This document shows, piece by piece, positions 1 to 14,032 of a stretch of 64,000 nucleotides of DNA. The number at the start of each line of letters is the position of its first letter. The first letter of the stretch is position 1. Where the stretch lies: positions 154,938,001 through 155,002,000 of the forward strand of contig OZ024742.1 of the NCBI GenBank assembly GCA_964016885.1, read 5' to 3'. The notes below the pieces were generated by a model. That model saw only the letters and a program-made list of their open reading frames with translations. It ran no database searches and was not told the origin of the DNA. This stretch comes from Eledone cirrhosa (taxonomy: Eukaryota). The translations under genes and the position numbers were made by a program.

Positions 1-1653
1 TCAACTGATTTGAGTTTACAGCAGCTCTAATACGCGCCGTGCATTCAATCATCAGTGATTACTACAACAACATCTGCTGCTCCTGCTACTACTACTATAA
101 TGGTTTCTTACACAGGCATAAGGCAAGAATTTGTACGGTGATGGTGAAGAAGTTGGGTTGCGGGGCTATAAGACGAGTAGATGAATTGTGAAACATGACT
201 AAAACAATATTTCCCCGGCTCCGGAACAATTTCTATCGCGCTGAGAGCAATAACTGTCTTGTCTAGCAGAGTATTTAAGGCACGTTTTGTGAACTTAGAG
301 AAACAAATTAATGAATATAAATAAACCCTAATATGGATTTATTTTATTGAGGACAAGGGAAGGCAATGGTGGAAATAATGAATGTTGCCACAAGGGCGAC
401 TGATGAAAGGACACTATATATAAACAGTTATTGTTTATTTAGAATTGATTAAGGCTAAGAAAACAGCTTACATCATACACAAATATGAAATGAGACGTGT
501 TGAAAGGGGAACAGCTACTTATGGCCCACCAAGGAAATCCTTAGGTCTATGATTATACGAAAATACTAATTCCCTTGCATTTACTACACGTTTATTTTGC
601 AGCAGCGTTTTTTTAGTTGTTCTAATACTGCCGCTAGTCAAACTAATCAATCGGACGTATGATCAGAAACATTCTATCCGTGACATCAAATTTTTTCTGT
701 TTCTTTACGGTTTTACTGTTCAATGCGTCCTGCATTTTTTGAGATTCCTTATTAGTTCAAGCGGTTACATACATTCTCTCCTGTTGATCCAAATCGTTAT
801 TATTAGTATACTGCTGGTTTATTTCATCTGTTATCATATTCATAAGGAAGTAATTCTTATTCCTTTCAGTGCATACATCGCATTCATTATCTAAACATTG
901 AACAACTATACATTACCAAATACACAACTCTCCGGAAAACATGTAAACCCGAAGGCACAAGACTTTCAGCACAGCGGTTGTTAAAATGTGCTGAAATAAC
1001 AGGAAGAGTAAACCTCGTTCGGTTGAAACTTGACCATGCTATCTTTAGTTTGATATATGTATATAATTTATGTAGTAGCATGTCTGTATAATTAGAATCA
1101 ACATTTATTTCTCAAAATTCCCACCCTATTCTCTCTCATACGTTCATTTGCAGGGTTTAGTCACGAAAACAAAATACTAACGTAGGTTTTTATATATATT
1201 TTATATATTTTGTTTTACATACATTTGCAGATTATGTACGTGTGAGCACATACCAAATTTTAATGTTTCTACTGAGGGCACATGTATTTGAACTTAATGA
1301 AATGCATGCGTAAATATAAACAGTCGGACATACAGTTAATGATAAGCAATGAGTCATACCTAAATATGTAAATATTATAATGCATGTAGTATGCATAAAT
1401 ATGTTATGTGTATATTCACGTAGATAAATATCTATATTACTCATGCGCACATACGCACGTGCACACATACGTACATACACACATACACACATGCGCAGAC
1501 ACACACACGCACTCACACACACACATACATATATATATAGAGAGAGAGAGAGTGAGAGAGAGAGATAGAGAGAGAGAGGGAAGGGGGAGGAAGAGAGAAA
1601 GATTTTGAAACGTGTGTGTGTCCTAGCGGAAATGGAAATAGATGGTTATTATA

Positions 1654-1832
1654 AATAATTGTTTCTACTTTTGGCACAAGGCCAGGAATTATCCAGTGCA
1701 TCACTAGTACTTTATATTATCGTGCCCGTAAGGATGAAAGGCAAAGTTAACCTCGGCGGGATTTGAACTCAGAACGTAAAGGTGTCATACTCTATGCTGT
1801 AAAGCATTGTGTTTAACGCTCTACCGATACTG
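1654..1832 (-). mobile_element. tRNA-derived SINE with Deu/Nin-like domain
   Basis: Matches the family consensus seen throughout the window: B box GAGTTCAAATCC, GCCTTTCATCCTTACGGG, ATTATT tail. Confidence 0.85.
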
Positions 1833-2515
1833 AAACATAGCGACTTGAAAAAGGAACAGATGTGCCAGCGATCAATCGATCTGGGGTTTCGCAAATGCTG
1901 GGCGAGTGCTTCAACTGCTACGCTAAAGAGCCATTCAATACTAACTAATTTTAAGCTTTCTAAAATATTTAGTGGAAAGTCTAATCAACAGTTGACTTAA
2001 AATGCATTTGAAAAAAAATGAAATTTGCTCTGAGTAAATGACCAGATTAATAATGGATGATCACTGGGAAACGGAAAATAAAACTAAAGTATTTTCTCAA
2101 TTATAATTCATAACGATCAACAGTCAAGAAAAATGTACACTTAATATTCACTGATCAGAGACGTGCTACATAGTACATGCGTGTTAGGACAACGACCCCG
2201 TATGGCGGAGTTCAGACTAAAATACAAAATACGTAATAATTAAAACATTTTTGAAAAACAAAATTAATAAATAAAAATAAACTTAGTGAAAATATAGAGC
2301 ACAATATGGACATTTTCATTATAAAAACACATTGCTAAACTAAAGTTTTCATTATTGAAATATTTCCGACGGAAATTTATGAAAAAAAAAAAAAAACAAA
2401 AAAAAAAAAATATATATATATATATAATGTATGAGGTGAGTTTTATTGTAGTACAATAAAGCAATGCAGATATCGGATAAGTAGCACTCCACAGTTTGTA
2501 GGACTGGAGTATAAA

Positions 2516-2830
2516 TAATATATAAGATCAAAAGATGGTTTAAAGAGTTCCATGTATTTTATTATGCGCATTTCAAAAACAAATATCATCATGCGATGGC
2601 ATTTGCGGTTTCGACAGATAAAATAGGGAGACATGATATGAAGGTTTAAAAACACTAGTGAATAGTGATTTAAAACAGAACTATTCACAAGTGTTTTTTA
2701 ACCTTCATATCATGTCTCCCTATTTTATCTGACGAAAACGCAAATGCCATCGCATGATGATATTTGTTTTTGAAATGCGCATAATAAAATACATGGAACT
2801 CTTTAAACCATATTTTGATCTTATATATTA
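2516..2830. mobile_element. Fold-back element with hammerhead motif (PLE pLTR-like)
   Basis: Arms 2516-2666 and 2680-2830 are near-perfect reverse complements with a few mismatches and a 13-nt spacer. Abuts (TA)n at 2830-2898. Confidence 0.85.
2721..2791 (+). ncRNA. Type I hammerhead ribozyme, minimal PLE type, intact core
   Basis: TATTTTAT-CTGACGA-long stem II-GAAA-TGCGC-ATA^-ATAAAATA: 8-bp stem I and palindromic stem III ATGCGCAT. The mirror copy at 2555-2625 (-) has core CTGTCGA. Confidence 0.85.
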
Positions 2831-2836
2831 TATATA

Positions 2837-2903
<67 letters not shown>

Positions 2904-3120
2904 TGAAAAAGAAAAAAATATTAAATTTTTCCTATCCCTCTGAGTTTGTCTGGACACTTCTATCGGTTGCTGTCAATGACCTATCGATTTATTAAACCAA
3001 ATCAACCTTGGAGGGTTAGTTATGTTCAAACTATAAAATTGCAATCCATAGTAGATTACAAAATTAATAAAACGTACCAAAGATATAAAATATTTATTTA
3101 CAGGGAAAATATAAAATAAC

Positions 3121-3305
3121 TGTCTCTACTTTAGGCACAAGGTCAGCAATTACGCAGTGCATTACTGGTACTTTATTTTATCAACCCCGTAAGGACGAAA
3201 GGCAAAGTCAACCTCGGCGGGATTTGAACGCAGATCGTAAAGGGACGTAATTATGGTGGAAAGCATGGCGTCCGACCCTCTACTAATACTGCCAATCCAC
3301 CGCCC
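3121..3305 (-). mobile_element. Full-length Deu/Nin-like SINE with 19-bp TSD
   Basis: A-box- and B-box-like motifs. AGGGAAAATATAAAATAAC occurs at 3102-3120 and 3310-3328. Confidence 0.9.
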
Positions 3306-3431
3306 TTATAGGGAAAATATAAAATAACATAAAATGTTTCTATTTACAAAAATGCGTCGAAAACAATATCTTTAATAGTTCGTGGGAGTTAAAACTGGCA
3401 AAAGAATTTTCACTGGTATTCCGACAATTGT

Positions 3432-3917
3432 TTATCCCACCTCACAACGACAAACTGGGCAGCTCCGTCTTTGTTTTAACCATTCATCGATGCAGGCAGA
3501 ATAGTATCTATGGAAACAACCAGAGATGATTGAAACATCTTCCTCTAGTCTAAAGTCGTCTCGGCAAATTAAGCAGTTACTATCTCCTTTTCCGTTGTAA
3601 GTAAATCTAACGACATCATTGGAGGAGTTCGAAATACCTATGGTGCGAGATGGGTGAGAACTGGTTGAACGACAACTGGATGGGTGAGAACTGGTTGAAC
3701 GAGAACTGGACGGGCACGAACTAGATGGAATTTCCTGTTGCAATTGCTCCGTATGACGTGATTGTCGAGATATAAAATATCTCCGATATATTCTTTCTTG
3801 ATCCAGCAGGAGGACGATCAAGCAGTTCACGTCGCAACCTCCTGCTATTCCAACATCCGTTAATAACCAGTAGAGTTCATCCAGTACTTCTGGATACCGA
3901 AAAGAATAACTGGCCAT
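3432..3917 (-). CDS. Intronless RING-H2 finger protein (putative E3 ligase), possibly a retrocopy or incipient pseudogene
   Basis: 161-aa open frame ending CLICRDDF...SGCFHRYYSACIDEWL...SCPVCR, with RING-H2 spacing and the conserved W and P. Ligand 5 is Tyr (TAT) instead of His. Ser-rich 30-nt internal repeat. Start context ATCATGG. Confidence 0.7.
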   Translation of the reverse strand: MASYSFRYPEVLDELYWLLTDVGIAGGCDVNCLIVLLLDQERIYRRYFISRQSRHTEQLQQEIPSSSCPSSSRSTSSHPSSCRSTSSHPSRTIGISNSSNDVVRFTYNGKGDSNCLICRDDFRLEEDVSIISGCFHRYYSACIDEWLKQRRSCPVCRCEVG

Positions 3918-4301
3918 GATTACTTAATTCGTAACTTCAATTTCAAAAACAATTTGTCAAAATAAAAAATGCTAATTTATCCAGTCATGATTATAGTCAT
4001 TTGCACTGGGTCATAGTGTTTTCTGAAAAATAAACATATCTAGGTGTGCTCTATCTGAGCATTTTGGGCCAAAATAAGCAGTAATAAATAAATAAAGCAG
4101 TAATATATGGAACATAATTCTGTTTCTTGAAATGGATGAATATATTTGCAATATATGTTACATATATGGCTATTTGTTAAAGCCTCACGAGATCATACGC
4201 TAAGATTAAGATAGCATAAACCAGTCATATATTTATAGGATAATCGATACATTGTGGCTGATACCACATTCATCGATTTCAACTAACTGACTCCTCCTCC
4301 C

Positions 4302-4304
<3 letters not shown>

Positions 4305-4381
<77 letters not shown>

Positions 4382-4395
4382 GCTACTGCTGCTGC
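4305..4395. repeat. (CTA)n/(CTG)n microsatellite
   Basis: Read directly from the sequence. Confidence 0.95.
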
Positions 4396-5682
4396 ATCTC
4401 CCTAAAATCATAACCTCATAAAGTAAGAGTAACCCCTGAGATAATGTAGTGTTTCAATATCTTAATATAAGAGTGGATTACATTTAAACCATGCACAAGG
4501 GGGAATAATAGTGACAACCACAATGTTAACTGAAACTGTTTATACTACTGTTACTACTACACAAAATATATGCTTGCTTAGTTTTCAAAACCTATTATTT
4601 TGGTTTGAAATTATGTGTCACATAAACATCAGTTCGCGTGAGACTTCATAACCAAGAGTAAATATGATGTGGTGGTGTGTGGTATAAATCACACCACTCA
4701 TCTAGTAAACACTAGACGAGTATCACTGACCTTTGATGCTTTACGCTCCCTGGTTTTGAAGAAAGCAAGGTCTCACAAGACGAATGTTTAAAGGAAATGC
4801 TCGGTCTGTAAAAGTAATTACTAGATATAAGTGGGAATACACCTTCCTTTTCCAGCCAACGTTTCATGTGTACAAATTGATGGGAGTGTGAACATATCTA
4901 TCTATCTATCAGCCTGTCTGTCAGTCTGTTAGTCGTTCTGCTACTTCTAAACGACACATCGTCCTCATATCAAACACTACTGACCTACAAAAGACGAGCA
5001 AATTGGATAATACAATATTGGTATCAGGCTACCTAAAATTTAAACGGAATATAGCAGGAATGCATTGATCATATGATTCTTCAGTTACAGTTTAAATGTC
5101 GCTAATTAAGAACACCATACTTTATAGTTTTTTTCTCTCTACCTATTGATAAGGAAATCAACAAATGTATCATTTTTTACTTTTGTATGCAGTTAGATTC
5201 CCAACATGTCTTTGTGATTATGTATGTTCACTTATTAATCTGTACATATTTATACAGGTTTGTACATATCTGTACATATTTATTCGGAATTGAGTATACG
5301 TATGCACACATGCGTTGAAAACCATAAACATCACACATTCTGAAAGAACACGCTAAAACCCAGATGCATACGTATACTCAATTCCGTTGTGTGGCACTCT
5401 CTGTGTGAGTCTCTCTCTAGCTTCTTTGACTCATTTTCTGTCTGTGTTTCTTTCTGCACACTCCCCGTATACTTCTCTCTATTTTCTTCTCTCCCCCTCT
5501 CTCTTTCTCTCTCACTCACTCACCTAATTTTACATGCATAAATTCATATATAGATTCACGTACACATACATAAATATAATATAATTAAATGGGGGTTATA
5601 AATCTACAGGCGATGGGATATTAAGTTATGTGAGCTCTTTTATATTCCACTTCAATAAAATAGGTTACATGAAATTTATACT

Positions 5683-6081
5683 AATAATTGTCTCTACTTT
5701 TGGCACAAGCCCAACAATTACTCAGTGCATTACTGGTACTTTATTTTATCGACCCCGTAAGGATGAAAGGCAAAGTTAACCTCGGCGGGATTTGAACTCA
5801 GATCATAAAGGACCGTAACTCTTTGCTGCAAAACATGTCGTCCGACCCTCTACCGATACTGCCAATCCACCGCCCCACGAAATGTATACTAATAATTGTT
5901 TCTACTTTAGGCACAAGGCCAGCAATTAACCAGTGCATTACTGGTACTTTATTTTATCGACCCCGTAAGGATGAAAGGCACAGTCAACCCCGGCGGGATT
6001 TGAGCTCAAATCGTAAAGGGACGTAACTATGGTGGAAAGCATGGTGTCCGACCCTCTACCGATACTGCCAATCCAACGCCC
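5683..6081 (-). mobile_element. Two tandem Deu/Nin-like SINE copies (5683-5876, 5891-6081)
   Basis: Both match the consensus. TATACTAATAAT recurs before, between and after them. Confidence 0.9.
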
Positions 6082-6212
6082 TATATTTATACTAATAATA
6101 AGGTTGATTCAGCTACACGAAAATATATCCTGAATAGACATGTTTTGAAATCAAGCACCACCGCAATGTTTTATACGATACAATCAAAATTGTAGCATTA
6201 ATTAGCCCTGCA

Positions 6213-6500
6213 CTAGTGGCATAGTGATTAGGGTTTTCGGCTCACGATTGCAGGGTCGTGATTTAGATATCCGGAGCAGGATTCACGTTGTTTCTTCCGT
6301 TGCACCTATCTAGTCAACTGGCAAAAGATGAGTTATACACATAATTCAAAGAACCAGTCCTGTCACGCACTCTGTCACTCTGAATCTTCCTGAGGTCTAC
6401 GTTAAGGATGCATATGTCTATGGAATACTCGAATACTTATTCGTTAATTTCATGAGCAGGCAAATCAATTAATTGATTCAGCTTCGGAAACGAAGGAGAC
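6213..6500 (+). mobile_element. Old tRNA-derived SINE of a second family
   Basis: GTGGCATAGTGATTAGGG A-box-like head. Body is similar to fragments at 36790-36872 and 37935-38080. Confidence 0.55.
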
Positions 6501-7318
6501 CTTCCATTAGCTCCGCAAGTTCGAATTATGCCAAAGAATACATCATATTTCATTCTCCAAGGAGACGATTCCATAAATTTAAAAGTTGGGTCGATTTAAT
6601 ATATGTTACCATACCAAAACCACCAACACCACCAACAACAACATGTCTGAACATATGCCTATAAGAGATAACATTAGTATTGCTAATAAGATGGTAAACT
6701 AATTAGTGTGGACCATGGTAAGGGAATTGAATTAAATGTAATCTAAGGAAACCCTATAGAAGAATATGATATTAATTATGCGGAAAGATGTAATTTCCAT
6801 TTATTGTGAAACTATGATTATCTAAATAATAAAATAAATGTCTCACGCGGATTATAGTTCTCTCAGTTGAGTTTCTCTAAGCAATAAGTAAATAAAATCC
6901 CTCTCAAGGGGCGTATATATTGGAAAGATATCAAAGGAGATAACTTCAATAACATAGGTTGTGCAAACTTTGGGGAACAATATAGACGAAGGAACTTTGC
7001 ATCAGCTATATAAACAATAATGAGGATACATAAATAACTGACATTTTAAGGTTTTACTTATAAACACGCATATATAAACACATACACGCACACACGCAAT
7101 GAAAAAAATCAAAACAAAAACAACAACAAAAAACGTATATTTAATTGTAGCATTACGTAAACAACAACAGATATTTTTTTAAGAAAGTCGCATCTGAGTA
7201 TTTCAAAATCTGAAAAGTTACCAATCCAGATATAGGGAATCAATTTATAATCATAATATTGCACCACAATGCAGTTACCGAAAGTAGAATTTCAGTGCGC
7301 CAACGTGCATACATAGAA

Positions 7319-7485
<167 letters not shown>

Positions 7486-7989
7486 TATTAGGCTTCAGAT
7501 TATATGAACGTCTCATGCTATTGCTTGAATAAATGGTAAATACCACAGTCGTTCATGTTAAGATGTTCAGATCGTAGCCACATGTTTCCTGTTTGATGGA
7601 AGTGGGCGCCATGTTGATCATGACTCCTAAGTTAGTCTTGGCTTACCATGCCTTTGTAAATCGCGTTTCTTTATCAATTTTTTTTTAAACATTGTCTGTG
7701 TTTGTTTGTGTGTGTGTGTGTGTGTGTGCGTGCGTGTGTCTTTGTGCGAGTGTGTGTGTGTTTGTGCGTGTGTGTGTGTGTGCGTATATGTATGTGTGCG
7801 TATCGACAGTTATGGCAAAAGAATAGTTGAATAATTTGAAAAACAAAGAGAAACAACAAAAATGTAATTCTGAAGGAAATAACCCGAGGTGAAAATTGTT
7901 GATGAGATCCTTTATAGTGTATCGTAGCAGAATTCCAAGAAAAGAAAGTTATATATATATATTTATATGAAAAGAAAGTTATATATATA

Positions 7990-8085
<96 letters not shown>

Positions 8086-8479
8086 ATAAAATTACACACA
8101 CATTCACATAGGGACACAGGGACACATACAAACGCAAACACAGAGAGAGAGAATTTGAGTGAGCGAGATAGAAACCTATACATACATTTTCTGCTCTTTG
8201 GTTTGTTTCAGACAGTCACAGTAGAAGACAACATCGGAGAGAGAAGGAACATTTTAGCAATCAAGCGTGGTAGATAAGATAGGTAAACATAAGTGGAAGA
8301 AGAACAGAAACGGGCAGTCAGTCTGGCAGATATAAGGAATTATAGGATAATGTATGTAAAAGGGAGATAAAGTCCCTGTTAGAGAAGAGAGGAGGAAAGA
8401 AGGAATGAGAGAAAGTTATTGATATAACGTGTTAAGATAACATACATATAAAGAATGAGTAGTTCCTTCATCTTCTCCC

Positions 8480-8840
8480 TCATATTCCTGGGATATTCAT
8501 GGGAGGGGGAGTGCGCAGAATGCTCAAGCATGCACTCCATCGGGACCTGTCACAAGCAACCATCTCTAATCGAGACAGCTGGAACCCCATGTAAGTTCAG
8601 CTGAGATCATATATGTTACCCAACACTCTTGCTAGGGGTCTAGCCTTGGGCCTTCCGCTGGCTGGTTTTGCCCAAAACATCTGTTTAGTGATCCTTTTCT
8701 GAGATATTCTCACCACACCACCGTATTTTCGGAGCTGTGATCTCTCAATTCGGTGAATTAGCGGGACTAGCTGGATCGACTCTCTGATCTCCGATCTACG
8801 CACTTCATCGAGAAGGACTCCCTAGATCCTTCGGAGGCCC
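8480..8840 (-). mobile_element. Decayed RTE-type LINE 3' fragment
   Basis: Translation IERSQLRKYGGVVRI...ASGRPKARP resembles the RTE C-terminal QLRWxGHVxRM...GxRPRGRP motif. Confidence 0.65.
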
Positions 8841-8974
8841 ACATTCCTTAGCATTTTCTATTAAAAATACTAAGAAATAAATTCTAGACCATCCTTATCC
8901 TGACGGCACTCCATTGGGGAAAACCTCTAAAAGTATATCAAAAGAAGGATTATATATATATATATATTCACACA

Positions 8975-9051
<77 letters not shown>

Positions 9052-9138
9052 TTACATTTTTTTCTTCTAACTTTGATTTTGTACCTAATTGTGTATAGTT
9101 GACGATATATCTAATCGATTTCCACGTACTATTAGAAG

Positions 9139-9169
<31 letters not shown>

Positions 9170-9346
9170 GGTAAATATTCTATAGCTGTTGATCGCAGAT
9201 AGATAGCTATTGTTTATTTATCTATTATTTCTTCATAGGTGATTTTAATCTTATAGCCTTGTTTAATTGTTTTTTTTTGTGTCATTGATTATGCTGATTG
9301 GGAGAGGAAATGATGTTTATATTTTATCAAATGATTCTGTGGACAT

Positions 9347-9416
<70 letters not shown>

Positions 9417-9595
9417 TATATGTGTGTGTGTGTGTGTATATATGATCAGTGGATCCGCTAATATGCAGATGTCTGCTATTATGGAAATCAGGCCGATCAG
9501 TCACTATATTTTCGAAAATAGCATATATTTTCACTAACTCTGACAGTTGGCAGGTGAACAGTGAGCTGTACTAATGAAGGGTGATGCCCAGAAAC

Positions 9596-9636
<41 letters not shown>

Positions 9637-11947
9637 CTTCTCAAAAACTCCGCATGGCTAAGTCTGTAGATATGAATTCGAAACAGGGTGAGAGCAGGTT
9701 AAAGACGATCAAAAGAAAAAAAATGGGAAAAACGAAAAGTCCCCCATATCTACAGTCAACCTCGGGAAAGCACTAGAATTTCGGTTAATTAAGGTTGATA
9801 ATGACCGTTTCAATGAACATTGATTGGATCGTAACAAAACAGGTTGAAACAAATACAGAATAATAATACCTTTCGGTTAATTACACAAATTCAGAGGAAA
9901 AAGTATACCAAGAGATCAACTAACATATAAGGGAGAGAACGGTGGGAGAGGGCATAGCCAAAGGCGAAACAATATAGAACAGAGAGAGATAGAAAAATAG
10001 CAAAGAATAATGTGGTCTTCAATCCCACGTACCGACAAAGATGAATGACTCCGAGGTATAGAAAAATTAAGACGTGAGAATAGAGGAAGACACCGGTGGG
10101 AGTGACATATATTATATGATAGTTTCAAAAAAATAAAAAAGCCCGCATGGATAAGTTGTTAAAATACGAATTCATATCGGAGCCGGGAGGGGAGGAGGGG
10201 GGGGGGGAATTACACGTGACAAATACGAGGGAAAAAGAACAACGGAAAATGGACAGCCACATCTCCTCAGCCAGACTCTGGAAATTACATGTGTATGTCT
10301 GTGTGTGTGTATATACCTAAATATGTGTGTGTGTGTGTGTGTGTGTGTTGATGCGATTGTGAGAATATTGGTTTGTTTTTATGTATCGTTATTTTGCTGT
10401 TAGTTGTAAGTTGCCAACCAGTCAGAAGTGGGGAAATGCGCCCATCCCTGCATTGTATTTCGTGTGTTCATGTTATAAAATGCTGAGTCCATTAAGATAA
10501 TAACGATAAAGATTTCAAATGGTAAAGGATCATTGACATATTCCTACACAAACATAGACTAATATATGAGCACATACATAAATATACAAACATACACGTC
10601 GATTTATAAATAATATGGATATTTTATTAATGTATTCATATGTATTGTATGTGGCAGAGGAATGTTGAAACAGTTGAAAGCTGAGAGTAAAATAGAAATT
10701 CACAACGAGTATTAAAAGTGAATCATGTGCTCGGAGTTTTTGTAGCTATACACAGTTTAGGGTTGAGTTTGAATTGTCAACTGTGTAAAAATATTGTTAC
10801 ACTTAATCAAACGATGCACAATAACTTCATGTTAGGTTCAATGCTTCTCAGAAGTTCTGTGTATGGTGGTGATGGCGGCATTTGCTAGAAGCCCGCCGAA
10901 ATCTTTGTGATTTATAGTTGAAACTGAAGATATAAATATTTCATCACAAGCATTTATTATAACATAATCTACAGTGTGCGTGTTTGTTTTTCTACAAACC
11001 ACTACATATGTATATATATACATATGTGTGAGTGTAGAGAGAGAGGGGCAAGAGACCCTCACTACATATATATATTTAATTATTTTTATTCAAAATATAT
11101 TTAGCTAGGGACTTCTGATGAACTCTCACTCTGTTATGTATAAGACTTCACCTTTGATACTAATCCTATTTTCTAAAGATCATATGTAGCGAGTAATTCT
11201 GTGTTGATAACCTTTACTACGTGTATCGGGTAATTTTCTCCTATTTGATGTTCTAAAGATACACCCGAGTAAGTCGGCCCCCACCACAATATAGATATGT
11301 ATGTATACACTTGCACACACATGCGCACATACATATATATCTATTTATGTGGTGAATCTTGCTACTCTGACGTTTCTCTTGTGCACACACATGATCATCA
11401 TACAAGACTGATTTTTTAATAGCAAAGACAGTATATAAATCGAAGAACTCGGGAAGGAAAAGACTGTTACGAAGGGTTGATGTTCAACAGATATTAGGTG
11501 AAAAATGCAGTAATAGAGATGTCATGAAAAATAAAATAAATATTTAAAAACAAATAAAATAAACATATGGAGAAAGTGGGTTGTGGTCCATGGTGTGGTG
11601 GGAACATACAAATAAAATCAGGAGGACTAGCGAAGAATGTGAAATACGGAATATAGGAAGGACAATAGGGGGAAAAGAAAAGGTAATTAGAATAAAAGAA
11701 AATTAAAAAGACAGAAGAACGAAATATGAAAAAGAAAGAGAAAAATGATATATGAGGAGCAGAGAGAGAAATAGGGAGAGAGAGAGAGAGGGGGTGAGCG
11801 AAAGAGAGAGAGAGGGGGTGAGCGAAAGAGAGAGAGATAAGTGAGAAAGTTAGAAGAGAAAGTAGGAAAGAAAGAAGGAGGAGGACGGGAAGGGGGAGAA
11901 GGGATGTTGACAAGTAACTAGCGGATAATTAAAGATAACGTGGTTTA

Positions 11948-12026
<79 letters not shown>

Positions 12027-12154
12027 ATAGAAATCCAAAGAGTTCTCGAGTGAGTAAAAGCCAAAAATTATTGCTTAATCGGTATTAATACTTTTAATGT
12101 CTATTAATAATATATATGATGGTCCAGGAATCGAACTCACAACCTTACGATTGC

Positions 12155-12208
<54 letters not shown>

Positions 12209-12373
12209 ATATATAATAAACAATACAATATAATTACCTCATTATCAGAGGTTTCCCGAATAAGACGAACACAAGAAACGTCCTCATATCAAATATATAT
12301 ATATATATAAAGAGAGCGAGATATATAGATAGAGAGAAAGAGACAGAGAGTTAGAGAGAGAGAAGGAGAGAGA

Positions 12374-12410
<37 letters not shown>

Positions 12411-13282
12411 CAGCCTAAGTTGCATATCGAGTTAGTTAGTCGGCCGGGCGCACCGAAAACAATATATGGAAAAAATGAAATTTCATTTCTCACACTTAGT
12501 ACGGCTGATACTTAAATATAAGTATCATATATGTATACATACGTACAGTAGTATGTATATACATACATGCACAAACATATATATATATATATGTACGTAT
12601 CGGTTTACCGAACATTTATTACAATGTTCGGTTTGTTTGTAAACAAACAGCCCGAATTATTAGCCGTGGATTGGCAGTATCGGTAGAGGGTCGGACGCCA
12701 TACTTTCCAGTATAATTACGACCCTTTACGATCTGAGTTCAAATCCCGCCGAGGTTGACTTTGCCTTTCATCCTTACGGGGTCGATAAAATAAAGTACCA
12801 GTAATGCACTGGGTAATTGCTGGCCTTGTGCCTAAAGTAGAAACAATTATTAGCCGTACAGCGTTCGGCAACCAAGGTTGCCATTTTGTTGAATACTGAC
12901 AAAGGAACGATGAACTAGTTTCTTGCGTATTAGCTGTCATCAACACCTTATACCTTCCTGTCAATTGATTGAACGTTTGAAAGTATATACTTTCCTTATG
13001 GATATTAACGGCTGAGCAGCCTAATTGGCATATCGAGTGATTTAGTCGGCCGGGCGTACCGTTAATATGCATAAGGAAAGTATATACTTTCAAACGTTCA
13101 ATCAACTGACAGGAAGGTATACCGTGGTGATGACAGCTAATTAGCTAGAAACTAGTTCATTGTTCCTTTGTCAGTGTTGAATAAAATGGTAACAAAGGTT
13201 GCCGAACACTGTACGGGTAATAATTCGGCTGTTTGCTTACAAACAAACCTAACATTGCAATAAATAATCGGTAAACCCATCC

Positions 13283-13290
<8 letters not shown>
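12411..13290. mobile_element. ORF-less hammerhead element (family A): about 1.1 monomer plus fold-back arm
   Basis: Direct repeat at 12411-12455 and 13017-13061. Inverted arms about 12590-13011 and 13059-13290. Degenerate HHRs at 12906-12948 (-) and 13121-13164 (+). Flanked by (GA)n and (TA)n. Confidence 0.8.
12668..12850 (+). mobile_element. Deu/Nin-like SINE inserted into the left arm of the family A element
   Basis: TSD AATTATTAGCCGT at 12655-12667 and 12845-12857. Confidence 0.92.
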
Positions 13291-13370
<80 letters not shown>

Positions 13371-13794
13371 TAGCATTTCCCTTTATTCTTATGTTTTATT
13401 TTCCTTCCAATAATGTTTCCTTCTTGGTTTTCATTTCCTTCATCTTATTTACGCAAATTTATTCTTTTGACTGTGTAATAATCCATGGCTTTGGCGAAAC
13501 AATTGTAAAACAATTGTAAAACATAAGGTTCTTATCTCATTAGATAAGAACCTTATTTAATATTTCTCATAGTTTAGATATGCTCTGTTTACGTCTATAA
13601 TTCTGTATCCTTTTCTTTAGAAGTGTCTCTCATTTCTTCCAACTATTACTACATAAATATAGGGATTTGTGTAAAACCATTTAGAATTTTTATACACTCT
13701 TTCATTGCTCTCTACATACAAATAGAGTTACATATGTTTACCCTTGGTGTATGTGTAATTCAAGGACATGTAAAGTAAATATTAATTGTATTTA

Positions 13795-13865
13795 ATCCTT
13801 TCTGATGAACTTGTTCTAACAGGGATGAACATTCTTGTTAGTATAACGAAACGGTCGTAAATAAA
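13795..13865 (+). ncRNA. Hammerhead-like motif with eroded stem I
   Basis: CTGATGA (13802), about 16-bp stem II, then GAAA-CGG-TC. Followed by AATAAA and a TA tract. Confidence 0.55.
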
Positions 13866-13972
13866 TTAAATGATTAAATTAGATTCTCGATAACCTTTAT
13901 TATATATGCATGTATATAAATATATATATGTATATCTATATATATATATCTATATATATATCTATATATCTA

Positions 13973-14032
<60 letters not shown>

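Noticed and set aside
3121-3305. SINE heads as tRNA genes
   Set aside because: A and B boxes are present, but there is no complete cloverleaf and each head continues into a shared SINE body.
11110-11180. CTGATGA as a hammerhead core
   Set aside because: No downstream GAAA, stem III or stem I found.
13470-13560. GGCGAAACAATTGTA plus a 15-bp hairpin
   Set aside because: Looks like an HHR 3' half, but no recognisable CUGANGA upstream; too decayed to call.
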